Shown here: one piece after another, positions 35,666 to 48,843 of the stretch
Position numbering within the stretch: position 1 is the first letter of the stretch
How the letters are laid out: the number at the start of each line of letters is the position of its first letter
Assembly (NCBI RefSeq): GCF_006345805.1
Contig: NC_043009.1
Location: forward strand, 12,462,001 to 12,526,000
Source of the DNA: Octopus sinensis
Lineage: Eukaryota
Length of the DNA: 64,000 bases
Direction of reading: 5' to 3'
The notes under the pieces: generated by a model
The model's input: only the letters and a program-made list of their open reading frames with translations
What the model was told of the DNA's origin: nothing
The model's database searches: none
Program-made: the position numbers and the translations under genes

Positions 35666-36217
35666 CGTACAACGCTTCTTTCAGTTTCCAGTTGCCATAT
35701 ATCAAATCCACTGACAAGGCTTCGGCTGGCCTGGGGCTTTAATAAAAGACACTTACCCCCAGGTGCCGCACAGCGGGACTGAACCTAATATCATGTGGTT
35801 GGGAAGCAAGCTTTTCAACCAGGCATCCACGTCTGCACCAATGGATCAGAATCATTTGCATCTTAACGACGTTTTGATTAACTATCACAACCCAACCAAG
35901 ACAGCTTCTACGTGGTCTTTCAACTTTATAGAAGTAGCAGTTAAATCTCTCCCAAATCACGTTTTAAAAAGAAGGATAAGTTATTAACGAATTTTATGAC
36001 ACAGTTCCTAAAAAACAAGACATTATGGAAAGCCTTTGGCTAAATGTCCGCTGAATCAGGATTAATCTGAGCCTGAGTAAACACCAGATTCTAGTTTTCA
36101 AAAGGAGGATGTGGATGACGACGGCGACGACAATTTTGTGACATTAATCCTTTTTCAGGGTACGAGCTTCGTAAATGAAACGACCCAATTTGGTAAATAT
36201 ATATTAATTTTCATTAG

Positions 36218-36630
36218 GACGGCGAGCTGGCAGAAACGTTAGCACGCCGGGCGAAATGCGTAGCCGTATTTCGTTTGCCGCTACGTTCTGAGTTCAAATT
36301 TCGCCGAGGTCGACTTTGCCTTTCATTCTTTCGGAGTCGATTAAATAAGTACCAGTTACGCACTGGGGTCGATATAATCGACTTAATCCGTTTGTCTGTC
36401 CTTGTTTGTCCTCTCTGTGTTTAGCCCCTTGTGGGTAGTAAAGAAATAGGTATTTCGTCTGCCGTTACATTCTGAGTTCAAATTACGCCGAGGTCGACTT
36501 TGTCTTTCATCCTTTCGGGTCGATTAAATAAGTACCAGTTACGCACTGGAGTCGATGTAATCAATTTAATCCCTTTGTCTGTCCTTGTTTGTCCCTTCTA
36601 CGTTTAGCCCCTAATGGGCAATAAAGAAAT
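36218..36630 (+). mobile_element. SINE family B dimer
   Basis: Fixed junction at ~36440-36460. Confidence 0.9.
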
Positions 36631-36844
36631 ATATATTAATTTTCATACAAACTAAAGATCAGGCTTAACGAAACTAGTTGCTTCCCTTAGAAAATTTACT
36701 GCTTTTAAATGTCTATCCATGTCTATAATCATGCATGTGAGTAAGCAAAAACAATAGGAGATAAAAAGGTTAAACATTATTCTTTTCAAGAAAGGCATGC
36801 ATATAAACATGCAGTTATGGACGGGTTGAGGTATAAGCGGATAT

Positions 36845-37080
36845 TGGCGGAGAGCTAGTAGAAACGTTAGCACGTCGGGCGAAATGCTTAGCGGTATTTC
36901 GTCTGCCGTTACGTTGTGAGTTCAAATTCCGCCGAGGTCGACTTTACCTTTTATCCTTTCGGGGTCGATAAATTAAGTACCAGTTACGCACTGGGGTCGA
37001 TGTAATCGACTTAATACTTATGTCTGTCCTTGTTTGTCCCTTCTATGTTTAGCTCGTTGTGGGTAATAAAGAAATAGGTA
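36845..37080 (+). mobile_element. SINE family B monomer
   Basis: Family match. Confidence 0.9.
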
Positions 37081-38704
37081 TAAGCGGATATTTCATTTGA
37101 CAGCCAAATATATTAAGCACCCATGTTTCTGTGCTTAATATTTTTTTAATTCGAAGGGAAAAATAACAAAAAAGATTTTTAATGTTCTTTTGCCCTCTCA
37201 TATCCACTTGTGCATTGTTTATTTCTGCTCACACAACAAAGTACTTGACATTTAATTTATTCTATTGATCCCGGAAGATTTGAGCAAGCTTTGGCCTTCT
37301 CACTTTTTTATGGGTATCTAGAACTACTATCATAAATGTCTTGTCTTTTTTGAAGACAGTAGACGGTTATTTGAGGGAGATTTGGTCACAGGCATAAAGA
37401 CCTAATGTTGGCCTATGAAGGCTGTGATTTGCTTCCAATGAAAACGATAGACACTAGGGCGTTGTTTTACCCGGTACTCTATAATGCTGCTAAAACGATT
37501 GAAACCGGATCTGGCTCTGAGTACAAATGTCTTGTTTTCATAAGTTTTGAATTAAAATCTCCCACCAAACCTTAGTCATAATTTATGTTCCTAACACTAG
37601 CTGAATGATAACTAAGTTATTTTACTAAATTCTTTGTTATATTTAAAGTAATTGAAAGAAACAAAGAGCATCTCAAAATAAATACAGTAACGAAAGGGTA
37701 AACACGCTAGTTTCAGTTTTAGGACTCAATCAGCAAGCATCCACTCCCACGCACACACGTCATATTTCGTAACTATGTTCATAACCTTTAATTAGGTTTC
37801 ATAGAAATATTTTTTTATTTTTCGGTGGGTTTTTCCCTTATCTTTTATTTCCGAAAGTGTAGTGGGGAACTGAACAGCGTAAATTCTCTGTTACGTGTAA
37901 GCAGATAATTCTCATACAGCTTCTAAATTAAAGTTTGCATGCCTAAATTTAGATTAATCTAAAAGGAATAATTCATATCTATAAATTCTAACATACAAAC
38001 AAACAGCAGCTTAGCCAGGAGGGACGCGGTCCGCCTCGGGTGGCGCTTTGATGGAGGTGGCACTTTTAGGACTGCCATTTAAGTTTTTAATAGAATTGAA
38101 GACCCTAAAGGAGGCGGCCAACTCAGGGGCAGCTCCGGGTAGAATACATTCTAGCAACGCCTCTGGAAACAAGTAAAGGATTTGGGTGGCAAGGTCTAAA
38201 CCTCAGTATTTGTCGACCTTAGAATGACGTAAAACCAATTGAATTTCGATAAGATCTGAACTCAGAGAAATGTAACAAATACTACTCTATAATTTTTACT
38301 ATCCACCACCCTCATAATAATCTTTTCTATTATAGGCACAACGCCTGAAAATTTGGGGGAGGGGTTAGTCGATTACATCGACCCCAGTGTTCAACTTATA
38401 TTCATTTTATGAACCCTGAAAGGATGAAAGGGGAAGTTGACTCCTGCAGAATATGAACTCAGAACATAAAGATGGACAGGATGCCGCTAAGATTCTGCCC
38501 GGCATGCTAACGATTGTGCCAGCTTGCCGCCTTGCCCACCCCTATAATAATGTACAGGTACAATACCACCCCATTTTAAGGGAAAAAAATATAGCTGATT
38601 AAATCTACTAAGATTAATCTTTGACATCACAAATCCTCGCATTACCCTTTCCATTTCAGGACAAGGATCCACAGTCAATCGTTTTATATAACAACCTCTG
38701 GTAG

Positions 38705-39058
38705 TAGGACCGGATTTAAACCATGGGGGTCCGGGGCACTTCAATTTCAGTGGGCCCCTCATACACGAGAATTAAAATCTTGGAAAATTACTAAATTTAA
38801 ATCTCAAAACCCATTGAATTAATTGGTGGCTCCAAGGTGGCAAAATCTATGGTTATTTATCATAAAAGAGAGTCTATTACGGTTTTTAAGAAGCCAAGAT
38901 ACCTTTGTATATTAGAAGAGGGCTTCTTCATGCCCGATTGCTGGGAGGTGGGGGCCACCCTGTATTGAGTGCTACATACCTTTCGTAGCAGGAGCTCCCA
39001 ATATCTATCAGTGGCCCGGGTCAACAGTCCCCTTCACCACCTTATAAATCTGGCCCTG
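38705..39058. mobile_element. hAT-type MITE
   Basis: 8-bp TSD tctggtag (38697-38704, 39059-39066); TIRs taggaccggattta / taaatctggccctg. Confidence 0.85.
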
Positions 39059-39129
39059 TCTGGTAGCATGTATATTTCATTTCTGACCCAAGAAAACCAC
39101 TTTCACTGATGATTAAAACTAACCTTTTA

Positions 39130-39936
39130 GGCGTGTCCTTCGACATCCCACATACAACAAGCGCTCAGTTCCCCATGTCCCTCAAGTGGTTCACATATAG
39201 TTGCATTGCAGCAGCTTTTCAGGCAGAAAAAACGGGCCTACAACCACTGGGAGACTCATCCCTTCTCAAAACTAAGCGCTGTTTGTTCAGAACCGTAATT
39301 GTTGCATGGTAACTATCTATTCCGAACGATACATTTGTGCGTCGCACAGCTTTCAAGCTATCAACCTCCCAAGCAGCAACCGATCTTTCTGGTTCTCTAC
39401 AAAAAGAATATTCACCAAATCTGCAGAATTCTCTTTCCCTCCACTTCATAACAACGATGGTTCCATGAGCAATGACTCCTCGGATTATTCCTCCGTTTTG
39501 CTGCCAGCTGTACATCGCAAATTTCTTTTAAGACTACCTCCATCAATTCTTCCCAGATTCAATACCTTGCATGCATTAACACCGGGTGTAAAGATATCTC
39601 CAATGGCTTCAAACCAATTACTCCACGGCCCTGACAATGTCACCTCAATTAATTACCCTCAAGCACTGCACCCAGAGATAGCCTCTATACCCACCAAAGT
39701 TTAATCATTCTCTCTCTCCCTCCTTCCCTCCCTCTTTTCCTTCTTCCTTCCCTCGTTCGCTCTCTCTCTCTCTCTTCCTCGTTCTCTCTCTCCTCTGTCT
39801 CTCCTCTCTGTCTCTCCCCTCTCTCTCTCACACACACACATTTCCAATATCTCTAAGGTAAAGGAAACAACGACCATCTCCAACAGCTCCACACTTCTCC
39901 TCTCTCCCCCTCTCTCCCCCTATCTCTCCCCTATCT

Positions 39937-39974
<38 letters not shown>

Positions 39975-40170
39975 ATTACCTCTAGTACAGATTCCGTATT
40001 GTCAAATCTACTGGTCACCTGCTGTCTCTGATATCAACGATTGGGGTTTTTCACCAGACAGAAATTTGGTGATATCATTGTTGTCACTCGTGATATCAGC
40101 AAAACTTCCGACAGTCGTTTGCTCAGCATTTTAACGAATTACAGCCGGTGGGAATACTTTGAATTGGAGA
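39130..40170 (+). mobile_element. Degenerate CR1/L2-group LINE fragment (linker and RT start), interrupted by (CT)n at ~39700-39975
   Basis: KWF..SCIAA; SSNRSFWF...FPPL..DGS; HGPD; KSTGHLLS; FGDIIVVTRDISK, in broken frames. Confidence 0.75.
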
Positions 40171-40379
40171 GGTGGTGCTGGATGACAAAACAAATGAAAA
40201 ACAATCGGATGAAATTTTTGAAAAAAAAGAAAAAAGAAATATAATGAAGTCACGGGGAAGGTTCATTCCAAAATCTGTCTTTTAATATTTTCTTATTTTA
40301 TTTATTTACTTATTTTACTTTTTAAAAAAATTGTCATGTGAACAAACATTGGCCGGATGAATGCAAACAATATAAATAT

Positions 40380-40965
40380 ATTTCTTTACTGCCCACAAGG
40401 GGCTAAACACAGAGGGGACAAACAAGGACAGACGAAGGGATTGAGTCGATTATATCGACTCCAATGCTAAACTGGTACTTTATTTATCGCCCCCGAAAGG
40501 ATGAAAGGCAAAGTTGACCTCGGCGGAATTTGAACTCAGAACGTAACGACAGACGAAATACCTATTTCTTTATTACCCACAAGGGGCTAAACACAGAGGG
40601 GACAAACAAGGACAGACATAGGTATTAAGTCGATTACATCGACCCCAGTGCGTAACTAGTACTTAATTTATCGACCCCGAAAGGATGAAAGGCAAAGTCG
40701 ACCTCGGCGGAATTTGAACTTAGAACGTAACGACAGACGAAATACCTATTTCTTTATTACCCACAAGGGGCTAAACACAGAAGGGACAAACAAGGACAGA
40801 CATAGGTATTAAGTCGATTACATCGACCCCAGTGCGTAACTGGTACTTAATTTATCGACCCCGAAAGGATGAAAGGCAAAGTCGACCTCGGCGGAATTTG
40901 AACTCAGAACGTAACGCAGACGAAATACCGCTAAGCATTTCGCCCGGCGCGCTAACGTGTCTGCC
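40380..40965 (-). mobile_element. SINE family B trimer
   Basis: Fixed junctions at ~40555 and ~40738. Confidence 0.92.
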
Positions 40966-41834
40966 AGGAAAGCACGCGAGTCGTACATTCTCCTTATTCA
41001 TGCATTCACAATTTAGTCAAGTACTGAAGAAGGTTTGCTCACCACCACCAATAATAACCACAATAACAACGAACAAACAAAAGATTTGCGTGACTACGTG
41101 TCATTAATACGCAGGTTAAGGTGGCGAGCAGGTAGAATCATTACAGCACAAGGTAAAATGCTTAGCGGCATTTCGTCCATCTCTAGCGGCATTTTGTCCG
41201 TACAGAGTTTGCTCTTCATTCTTTCGGGGTCGATTAAGTAAGTACCAGTTACGCACTTGGGTTGATGTAATCGACGAGACACCTCCCCCAAAATTCCAGG
41301 CCTTGTGTCTATAGCAGAAAGGGTTATTATGCACTATTAGGCGTGCAGGTAGAATCGTTAGCGCGTCGGACAAAATGCTTAGCGACATTTCTTCCGGTTC
41401 ATTAGGTTCTGAAATTAAATTCAGCCAAGGTCGATTTTGCCATTTATCCTTTCGGAGTCGCTAAAATAAGTACTAGTTCAGTACTAACCCACTTCCTCCA
41501 AAATTGCTGGACTTGAGCCAAAATTCGAAACAGTTATTACGGATGTTAAGTGTGTGTTTACGACTGATTTGCTTTTTTTCTTTTCTATTAGTTCTTTTAA
41601 GAGAGCGGGCGTTGTCAATTTCCCTATTACTGACTTTATTTTGTTTAACATTTCTGATGCAAGCAAGGGTATCGGCTTACATCATTTAAATTGCAAGCTA
41701 GTGTTAGTAAATTTAATGTAGAGAGCATTGAAAACAAATTTAGAACTAACTAAACCGTGATGAAGGGAAAATCCACCATTATTAACTAATGACTAATATT
41801 ATCATCATTTTCCCCAGAAAACAATGATGACAGC

Positions 41835-42516
41835 CAGTGACGGCTTGTAGATAGTGGGGGTGTTGCATCAGTAAATTTTTAGTCGTTCTTTTAATATTGT
41901 GTAAAAGGAAACAAACATATAAAAAGAAAAGTTATACATAAACTTGATCGGTTCGCGTTTTAGCCACTCCCGGGTAGTGTGTTTAATTTGTTTACTGAAC
42001 ACCGCCGCGAATTCCCCCTTCTTTTTAAAAAATTCCCCTAAATCACAAGATAAGAGTGGGGAAAATGTGCCTTATTTTTCAAATCCTAGCAGCAACACTG
42101 AAGCTGGAAGCAAGATAATAATCTGACTTTACACTTTATCATATTATAAACACGTTTTTAAGCATAACACACGCGGAGTCAAAAATAAACAGTACCTTTC
42201 ACCCGACACTGTCGTTTACGCAGCGCTCTCTCCCTAACGTGAAGCATCCTATCTCGGTCACGTGAGCATGTGCACAACAGCCAAACACCACATCGCTGGA
42301 ACTATGAAGCGCACAGTCCTATACAAGGGATTTTGTTTGGTTTTTTTTCATAAACTAGGGGATGGCTACTGACATTAAGCTTAAGTATTATATAATGTAC
42401 AAGTATAAATAAAGAATTAAAGGAAAAGAGACTCCTTATATTGAATGTTATCGACAATATCAAGTGGAAATGGGCGGTGCCGCAATTCTGCAGTTCCTAT
42501 ACACGAGCCACCACTG
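41835..42516. mobile_element. hAT-type non-autonomous element
   Basis: TIRs cagtgacggcttgt / acgagccaccactg; degenerate 8-bp TSD atgacagc / gtgacagt. Confidence 0.6.
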
Positions 42517-43244
42517 GTGACAGTTATAAGCATGCTTTGGGGTTTTTCTAACCCCGTCACCGAAACCTAACTTTCGATCGCGTATACCGAAATAATGATG
42601 AAAGAATCCCTAAGTAAATGCACAACACTGTTCATGCTAGAGTCAGTCACAATTTAGTTAATGTCTTCCTTAACATTCTCCACCGCTTCTGCTCCGGCTT
42701 CGAATTTATTGAGTCACCAAATCCTTCTTTCTCTTTCATTTGCTTACTTCTGTCATGAGATCTATCCATTTATTTCTATACATATTAAACTATGCATGCA
42801 TGCCTGTAGGTGTGGGGTCTAAAACTTCTTTTTGCAATCGTGTAGTTTCGGGTTCAGTCCCACTGCTGTATCTTGAACGAGTGATAATTTGTATTCACTT
42901 CACAAAACAAATATTCATCTTTTTCGCATGGCTGTATCTCGATGCAAATAAAGCTGTAGCTAAAATATCGTGTACATATTGGTTTAAAAACCTTTTGAAT
43001 AAAAAAAAAATCGAAGGCACCCTTCTACTTTTAACCCAATATATACATGCTATTACAGCTGTATTTGCTTCGAGATACACCGTTCCAATTAAAGAATTAT
43101 TTCACATTCTCGCGAAATTTATAAATTTCTATGGCATCAATAAAACATTTATCGATTAAGTTACAAATGAAATTCCATTTTAACAAATACTCTTTTATAA
43201 CTTGTTTCTCGCTAAACAAACATATTTCCATCTTTTCATGTGTA

Positions 43245-44780
43245 TCTATACTATAAGGGAGAAAACTGCTTATTAATTAGGTATGTAACAATTATTAAAA
43301 GAACTAAAAGAAAGCAATGTTAAAAGCTTGACCGTCTGGAAATATTTTTATAAATTCATGTCCTAAGAAATTGCCTCGTAAATTTAGATATTCATTACAT
43401 TCACTGCGTCCAATTCTTCATGAATTTAAATACTCATTGCTTTCACTGGGGAGTAGACTTTAATGTTTAACAGTAAACGCTATTAATTCGTTGCAGGCAA
43501 CATTTTACGTTTTTATTTGCAATAGTCTCTCATTCTCGCTCGCCTCTATTTTCATTAATGATAATTTAATTATATATGAATATATATAACTTTGATGCTA
43601 GACTCAATTTCAAGAATACTATCACATTCCGGTTTGTTAAATGAATATTTTTGATAAAATCAAAATTTTTTAATATACTGGTATAAATTTTAAGCTATTT
43701 TGTGTTGAATGAATGCATGCTATTACACAAAATAGCTGTATAACTTTCCGGAGTTCGTTAGATTAATATTTTTCATAAAATGAAAATTCTTTACTATTCT
43801 TAAAATTCTTCTGCTATATATATTTTTTTTTATGAAGGAGAGATTCTGTTGGTATGGCTTCCTGGAACGCTATAAGCCTTATAATAATAACTATGTGATC
43901 GCTGCTATTTCTAGCATGCTAAACAAGATAGCTTCTAAAATATGCGACTGAAAAAGAAAATTTAGCAGCAAAGGCGCAACGGCAGAGAGAAAGACGGGCA
44001 ACTGAAGCAGAAGAAACCAGAGCAAAGCGACTGAAACAGATGCCTGAATATGCACGGAGATGTAGACAGGATTCTGTTTCCGCTACACATGAGCGACTGG
44101 TTAGGGTACCTCGAGAGGAGAATATTCTACTTCAAAATAATGGTGTCAGGTCACAAATTGTTGATGCAAGACTAAAAAGATCTTTTCTTTGCAATCTTGT
44201 GGAAGTAGTGGAGTTGCCAACCAATCTAAGACTTCTTACAGATGGTCATTCTGATGAAAGAGAGTTTGCTAATTACCTCCTTGATGTAGGAAATCGTAAC
44301 ATTTCTGTTGAACAAAGCCTTGGTGAATTCAAAATCAAACTACCCAATGACCTTTGCCTTGAAAGTGGTACTCTTTCAGATCTATGAGATTTTGTATATG
44401 CTGACCTCAAAAATAACTTCACAAACCCTGTGTGGCTTGCAAATAGAACCATTGTTACTCCAACAAATGAAGCAGCACATTTTGTGAATGATTTTCTGTT
44501 GACCAGGATCCCTGGTGAGCTAAAATTATACAGAAGCTCTGATACAGTTGATAATGAAACTCTGTACCCAATCAAATTCATCAACAAACTTACACCATCA
44601 GGGTTTCCACCACACAATCTCAAACTGAAGAAAAAAAACAATGCATAATGCTTCTGAGAAATTTAGTTGCTACTAATGGACATTGCAATGGCACACGCTA
44701 CATCATCGTCAGTTTACAGGATCATGTTATTGAGGTTGACGTTGCTTCTGGTCCTTATGCAGGATCAACTCTGCTAATCT
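43245..44780 (+). mobile_element. Internally deleted Helitron (5' end, N-terminus, Pif1 helicase fragment)
   Basis: A|TCtatactataa 5' end; RERRATEAEETRAKRL repeat-type N-terminus; FANYLLDVG, PTN, LTPSGFPPHNLKLK, MLLRNL...GHCNGTRY helicase motifs. Confidence 0.9.
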
Positions 44781-45200
44781 GTTTGTCTGTCCTTGTTTGT
44801 CCTCTCCGTGTTTAGCCCCTTGTGGGTAGTAAAGAAATAGGTATTTCGTCTGCAGCTACGTTCTGAGTTCAAATTCCGCCGAGGTCGACTTTACCTTTCA
44901 TCCTTTCGGGGTCGATTAAATAAGTACCAGTTACTCACTGGGGTCGATATAATCGACTTAATCCGTTTGTCTGTCCTTGTTTGTCCTCTCTGTATTTAGC
45001 CCCTTGTGGTAGTAAAGAAATAGGTATTTCGCCCGTCGCTACGTTCTGAGTTCAAATTCCGTCGAGGTTGGTTTTGCCTTTCATTCTTTCGAAATCGATA
45101 AATTAAGTACCAGTGAAACACTGGGGTCGATGTAATCGACTCGTCCGCTTCCCCCAAATTTCAGGCTTTGTGCCTAGAGTAGAAAGGATTATTATCATTA
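44781..45200 (+). mobile_element. SINE family B multimer ending in the alternative tail
   Basis: Junctions at ~44830 and ~45015; the last unit ends ccccaaatttcaggctttgtgcctagagtagaaaggatt. Confidence 0.88.
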
Positions 45201-46006
45201 TTTAAGATTGCGAGCTTGCAAAATCGTTAGCATGTCGAACAAGAAGCTTAGCGGTATTTTGTTCCTCTTTACGTTCTGAGTCCAAATTTCGCCAAGGCCG
45301 ATTTTACCTTTCGCCGTTTAGGGGTCGATAAAATAAGTATTTGTACGATCAAATATGATAAATCTTTAGCATTTAAATCGACCATATCCAGTCCAAATAT
45401 TCTACCTGTTTTATGTTAAAACTGATCTGATCTGGTTTCTCACACCTACTCTACAATATCATGAAAATATTCAATCATGTCATCGAAATCTCTGAGCTGC
45501 AAGATAATGCATGATGAATTCAAAATAGACATTACATTTGACAAAAAAATTGAATGGCTAAAGAGAGAAGAATTTTGATCTAATCCGATCCGTGTGGAAA
45601 TATATAGTTTTGCATTTACAGTTGCTAATTCCTGTGTTTACCACAGATTTAAGGAGGCATACACGAAAACCTCTCGAACTGAAATTATATCCCTGTCTCA
45701 AACCAAAAGTATTAAAATGCGGATGTGTTAATATTACTCAACCTCTGTGTTTTGAATGTTCTAATTTACTCGTGATTCTACTTTTCTGGGGGATGTTCCC
45801 TTTTTATTTTTTTAAAGTCAGCTTTTGTTGGTTCTCCTAAGTGTGGTTATTTTTATCCGCGTGGTTAAATAGAATCTCTTTAGTTCTATCAAATTTGCTG
45901 AGTCAAAAGCGAGTACACCTAATTGAAAACTTTATCAACGTCCGTATCACAAGTGTAAAATGTACAACGCTCTCAGATGATCACATGATTGCTTTATTTA
46001 TCGTCG

Positions 46007-46057
<51 letters not shown>

Positions 46058-47133
46058 ACATCATCATCATCAGTAGTTATTTATATCTTAATGCATACTT
46101 ACATACTTGTGTATATGAATGATACATGTTTATCGTTTGCAACAATGCAATCAGTCAGGATTAGTTTGAAGCCACTTAGAAAAGTCCACTCACTGATCAA
46201 ACAGCTTTTCTCACACGGATCTCCCTAATTCAGAGGATTGGCACCGGCGGCACGTTTGAATAAGACCAAAAGCTGCAGGGGTTAACCATAATTGAGCAAT
46301 GCTACACTCAACAGCTTAGATGGGACCTCACTTGCATTCATAAGTTCGATAAATGGTCATTGACCCAAAGTTGGGTTCCTCTGACCTTCTCGACATGTCT
46401 TCTCTCTCTCTGCCCTCCACTGCCCTAGGTTTTCACATTCTTACCGAGTATACTCATTCCTATGACATCAATAAAACGTTTATCTGTTAAATTAAAGATT
46501 AACATTCCCTTTTAACAAAAACTCTTTTATAATTTGTTTCTCTCTAAACAAATATATTTCCATCTTTTCATTGTGTATTGGTTTAATTACAGAATTGGTG
46601 ACTTTGTAAAGTCATCAGAGGATTCGTTAGAATGCTCTGATGAGAAGTGGTTCTCAACTTGGTTCCTGATGACCCTTGAGGATCCATGTAAGGTTTTGCT
46701 GTTAAAAATTATGCGCATTGAATGAGTTATGCTTCTACAATGCTCTTTTACTTGTTTCAGTCATTTAACGGCGGCCATGCTGGAGCACCGCCTTTTTAGT
46801 CGCGCAAATCGACCCCCAGGACTTATTCTTTGGAAGCCTAGTACTTATTCTTTCGGTCTCTTTTGCCGAACCGCTAAATTACGGGGACGTAAACAACCCC
46901 CCCCCCACGTCGGTTGTCAAGCGATGTTGCGGGGGGGGACAAACACTGACACACAAACATATACACACACATGCATATATATATATATATTATTAGTTTT
47001 TTGGGGTTTTTTTTCATTCTTTTGCCTACGTTTATTTTATATGTTTATTTTCAACCACTAATATTCATCATCATCATCAGCAGCAGTAGCAGAATCATAT
47101 ATGTTTATCGTTTGCAACAATGCAATCAGTCAG

Positions 47134-47678
47134 ATATCCCCAACAAAGATGTCCTCAGGCAAGCAGGAATACCAAGCATGTTTGCACTCCTCACACAAAG
47201 ACGTATGAGATGGCTTGGGCATGTTAGCCGTATGGAAGATGGCAGAATCCCCCAAGGACATACTCTACGGAGAGCTTGCTAGGGGTACTAGGTCTGTGGG
47301 TAGACCGATATTACGTTAGAAGGATGTTTGCAAAAGGGACATGAAGGCCTACAACATCAATATTAGCGGTTGGGAGACAGTTGCCGGCAACCGTGGAGAA
47401 TGGCGACGTACAGTAAAAGAGGGAATACAAAGGAGTGACAGAGAGAGAGAGGAGAAATGGAAAGAAAGGAAGAGACGTAAACACGAGACTATGGCATTAC
47501 AACCAGCAAGGGACAGTCTTCGCTACATTTGCGGTACCTGCCAGAGGGAGTGTTTGTCCAGGATAGGACTACACAGCCACAGCAGGAAATGTATCAGGAC
47601 ATGAAATATAAAAGCCGGACTAGACTACTTCATGCGCAACTCCATTGTCTCCCGAGACAGAAAGGTTCCAATACCAAT
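47134..47678 (+). mobile_element. RTE-clade LINE 3' fragment
   Basis: RWLGHVSRMEDGRIPKDILYGEL...GRP..R, C-terminal CGTCQRECLSRIGLHSHSRKC, RTE-type 3' UTR. Confidence 0.93.
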
Positions 47679-47902
<224 letters not shown>

Positions 47903-48753
47903 ATAAAATTATAATGAGGGTGATCGATATTAATTTATAATACCGCAATTTAACACCAAGTATAGCACAAAAATACGGAGGAAATACAAATTTATAATAT
48001 ATATCATCATATAACTCTAGTGCTAAAAATATCCGATAACCACAGAAGATCCGTTTCCATAAATCATTTTAACGAAGGAAAGTGAAATCAACGAATAAAT
48101 AGATTGACTCTATACAATTGTTTCATTACTAATGCAATATGTAGTTTTCTACACTTGCATCTATAATCTTCGGTAGAGTTTGTCAGAATGCATTAATTAG
48201 ATCGATTCGGGCGTCAAAAACACGAGCGGTCCAACCAATTACATTTTAGTTATGTCTCAAATTCTCCGCCAGCATGCTGACTCCATTGGAAACGTATGCC
48301 GCATCAATAAAATATTGACTGAGTTAAATTTATAAAATTATAAGTGAGGGTGAAAAATCGATATTAATTTAATAATACCGTCAATTTAAACCAAGTGGCT
48401 TAGCACAAAAAACTACGGAGGAAATACAAATTTATACATAAATTATTAGAGATCCACTATTGGATAACTCTAGTGCTAAAAATAGCTCCGACAACATATA
48501 TATAATCCTTTTATCATTAATTAATAAATTTTAGGGTAGCAAAAAAATTCTAGAAAAATTCTAGAAAAATTCTCCACTACCAGTGGTCTAGCGAGAAGGA
48601 AAAAATAGTCAATAGACTATATAATAAACATTTAAACACAGAAGAGATGGCCATAATAGGACATCTGACTCACTAGAAAGAGCAGTTAAACTCCAAACCA
48701 CTAATAGTTGTAATTCTGAAATGGAAAGAGAAATAAAAACGTGTACTCTATTT

Positions 48754-48843
48754 TTCCTGGACTATGCATAGTTTCGGCAATCTTTTTGTAAATAAAATAA
48801 AATAATTTTAATTTACGATTGGCGTTGCCATCTTCAGCATGAA
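48754..48843 (-). ncRNA. Minimal type I hammerhead ribozyme
   Basis: Minus strand: ttcatg-CUGAAGA-U-ggcaa...ttgcc-GAAA-cuaugcauag-UC-caggaa; 12-nt palindrome at 48761-48772; GUC triplet. Confidence 0.82.

Larger units (their letters stand above)
34305..35830 (-). mobile_element. SINE family A split by an expanded (TACA)n tract and a LINE insertion
   Basis: 3' half at 34305-34503, 5' half at ~35665-35830. Confidence 0.75.

Noticed and set aside
38005-38165. Possible small hAT MITE
   Set aside because: TIR match only about 10/15 and TSD 6/8; too weak to list as a feature.
46598-46642. Two adjacent hairpins containing ctgatga
   Set aside because: No GAAA or NUH in hammerhead geometry; adjoins a probable hAT MITE end.
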